A DNA stretch of 11,011 nt, from assembly GCF_006345805.1 (NCBI RefSeq), contig NW_021827137.1, positions 1-11,011 on the forward strand. Reading direction: 5' to 3'. The notes beneath the pieces are model-generated. The model saw only the letters and a list, made by a program, of their open reading frames with translations, had not been told where the DNA came from and ran no database searches. Shown in pieces: positions 8,642-11,011 of this stretch (within the stretch, counting starts at the first letter, position 1; the number at the start of each line of letters is the position of its first letter). Both the position numbers and the translations under genes were made by a program. This DNA is from Octopus sinensis (Eukaryota).

Positions 8642-8710
8642 TACGCACACACGTTCGGATATTCAAACAAGAGATGCTTTAACTATACAATCTCAATACA
8701 TTTACTCGTT
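8642..8710 (+). repeat. 69-bp direct repeat, copy 1
   Basis: Matches 9563-9629 with 2 substitutions and 2 single-base indels. Confidence 0.92.
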
Positions 8711-8901
8711 ATATGTATATAGATCGTTAGCCACATACACACATTTTTCTCTCCTTGTTTTTTTCTTCTGTGTCCCTTTCTGTAGAAGAGCGTAGGCTCG
8801 AAACGTAAAAGACTTTTTCTATTCCTTAGCGTTATAATAATACATCTGTTTGTTTTGTACACCACCTGTCCTAGTCTTTTGTTCTTTTCGTAAACTCTCC
8901 C
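8711..8901 (+). mobile_element. Probable Penelope-like terminal-repeat fragment carrying a hammerhead-like motif
   Basis: Contains a minimal hammerhead-like motif with palindromic GAAACGT. Minimal type-I hammerheads are an established feature of Penelope-like element repeats. The family assignment is inference. Confidence 0.45.
8772..8813 (+). ncRNA. Minimal type-I hammerhead ribozyme-like motif (variant core)
   Basis: Stem I GTC(CC)TTT/AAAGAC; core CTGTAGA+A (A6 to U, one extra nt); stem II GAGC-GTAG-GCTC; GAAA (8800-03); palindromic ACGT stem III; GUA cleavage triplet (8805-07). Confidence 0.55.
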
Positions 8902-8926
8902 TATATATATATATATATATAATATA

Positions 8927-9320
8927 GGAGTAAGAGTGGCTGTGAGGTAAGTAGCTTGCTTACCAACCACATGGTTCTGGGTTCAGTCCCACTGCGTGGC
9001 ACCTTAGGCAAGTGTCTTCTACTATAGCTTCGGGACGACCAAAGCCTTGCGATTTGGTAGACGGAAACTGGAAGAAGCCCGTCGTATATATGTATATATA
9101 TATATATATATGGATATGTAAGTGTGTGTATAGGTGTATGTGTCGCTTGACAACCGACGGGGGTGTGTTTACGTCCCCGCAACTTAGAGACCGATAGAAT
9201 AAGTACTAGGCTTACAAAGAATACGCTCTGGAGTAGATTTACTCGACTAAAGACGGTGGTCCAGCATGGCCGCATTCAAATGACTGATGCAAGAAAAAAA
9301 GTAAAAGAAAAAGAACAGAA
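8927..9320 (+). mobile_element. tRNA-derived SINE, family A, with internal TA/TG microsatellite
   Basis: A-box-like TGGCTGTGAGG (8937-47), B box GGTTCAGTCCC (8980-90), CORE-like CACCTTAGGCAAGT, internal (TA)/(TG) run at ~9085-9141, 3' CCAGCATGGCCGCATTCAAATGACTG and an A-rich AAAAG-type tail. Confidence 0.9.
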
Positions 9321-9388
9321 TATATATATATGAATATATATATGAATAAATATATAATATATATATATATCTATCTATCTATATATAT

Positions 9389-9423
<35 letters not shown>

Positions 9424-9520
9424 CTATATATGTATTATGAAAATATATATATATAATATATATACATACATGTATATATCTATAATATATATATATATAT
9501 ATATATTATAATATATATAT

Positions 9521-9560
<40 letters not shown>
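9321..9560. repeat. Long degenerate (TA)n microsatellite
   Basis: Direct sequence. Confidence 0.96.
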
Positions 9561-9562
9561 CG

Positions 9563-9629
9563 TACGCACACACGTTAGGTATTCAAACAAGAGAGCTTTA
9601 ATTATACAATCTCAATACATTTACTCGTT
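9563..9629 (+). repeat. 69-bp direct repeat, copy 2
   Basis: Matches 8642-8710. Confidence 0.92.
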
Positions 9630-9700
9630 CCAAATTGATGGCTTTTCTCTCTGCCGCTGCTCAAGGGTTTGCTACTACGTGAATCCCTCCAGGTGACAAA

Positions 9701-9832
9701 CTACTACTACTACTACTACTACACTACTACTACTACTACTACTACTTATGATAATAATAATAATAATAATAATAATGATAATAATAATAATAATATAATA
9801 ATAAATAATAAATAATAATAATAATAATAATA

Positions 9833-9917
<85 letters not shown>
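9701..9917. repeat. Compound (CTA)n-(ATA)n microsatellite
   Basis: CTA units 9701-~9746, then AAT units. Confidence 0.96.
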
Positions 9918-10075
9918 GTGATAATATTTATAGCAACAACAAAATAAAAGATAACTATTGAGATATGCGCATATACGTAATAAAACGAAAACAAGAAGAA
10001 TAAGAATAAGAATGAGAAAAGAAAAAGTACAGCGCTTTTACGTAGCGAGGTCAGTCGTGGCTCGTCGTTCTGTAG

Positions 10076-10145
10076 GATTAGACACAGTTACCAGACAGCT
10101 GGTCTGTCTGAATGAATACCTGAAAGACAATCCATAAACACTTAG
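10076..10145 (+). other. Possible small exon
   Basis: Acceptor-like TCGTTCTGTAG (AG at 10074-75) and consensus donor AG|GTAAGT (10146-51) within a short non-repetitive island. No homology evidence. Confidence 0.22.
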
Positions 10146-10231
10146 GTAAGTCAAGCAACTTTAGTTTAGTTTAGTTTACCTGTACTTGTGTATTTAACTA
10201 AACTATCACGTACCACACGCATATACTTACA

Positions 10232-10280
10232 GACACGCACGCACGCACACACACACACATACACACGCATGTACACACAC

Positions 10281-10354
<74 letters not shown>

Positions 10355-10379
10355 GTGTCTGTCTGTCTGTGTGTGTGTG

Positions 10380-10422
<43 letters not shown>

Positions 10423-10481
10423 TTATCTATTTATATATCTGTCTATCTATCTGTCTGTCTCTCTAACTCTCTCTCTCACTC

Positions 10482-10517
<36 letters not shown>

Positions 10518-10522
10518 CTACC

Positions 10523-10568
<46 letters not shown>

Positions 10569-10605
10569 CTTGTCTGTCTGTCGGCTTGTCTGTCTCACTC
10601 TTTCA

Positions 10606-10642
<37 letters not shown>

Positions 10643-10720
10643 TCTCTCTCTATTTATCTATCTATCAATCTGTCAGGCTGTCTGTCTGTCTACCTGTCTA
10701 TCTATCTATCTATCTATCTG

Positions 10721-10761
<41 letters not shown>

Positions 10762-10841
10762 TTATCTGGATGTCTGACTCTGTCTGTCTGCCTGTATCTC
10801 TCTCGCTCCCTCTCTCTCTATCTTTCTACCTATCTGTCTGC

Positions 10842-10908
<67 letters not shown>

Positions 10909-10909
10909 C

Positions 10910-10968
<59 letters not shown>
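10232..10968. repeat. Large compound microsatellite: (CA)n, (TATC)n, (TGTC)n, (CT)n
   Basis: Direct sequence; explains the YLSI/VCLS ORFs. Confidence 0.97.
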
Positions 10969-11011
10969 AGCATATAGACATATACACAGGCACATACACT
11001 CACAGATGTAT

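Noticed and set aside
7888-10977. Poly-I, poly-N, poly-L and YLSI ORFs
   Set aside because: They are translations of AAT, TATC and TGTC microsatellites or SINE sequence.

Overview
AT-rich, microsatellite-dense eukaryotic DNA with no intact host gene. The SINE families and repeat style suggest an octopus or other coleoid cephalopod (inference from recollection, not a database search). Almost every ORF in the supplied track is a translated microsatellite. The main structure is a nest of retroelements at about 3.55-8.14 kb, each bordered by (AAT)n tracts. In order: a minus-strand tRNA-derived SINE; a decayed R4/Dong-clade non-LTR retrotransposon that keeps its N-terminal region and C-terminal zinc-knuckle/restriction-like endonuclease but appears to lack the whole reverse transcriptase; two tandem copies (one 5'-truncated) of a ~545-bp non-coding element with no tRNA head; and a second minus-strand SINE. 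The window also holds a second SINE family (8927-9320), two degenerate type-I hammerhead-ribozyme-like motifs (3390-3443, 8772-8813) of the kind associated with Penelope-like elements, a Helitron-end-like palindrome, a 69-bp direct repeat, and many microsatellites.
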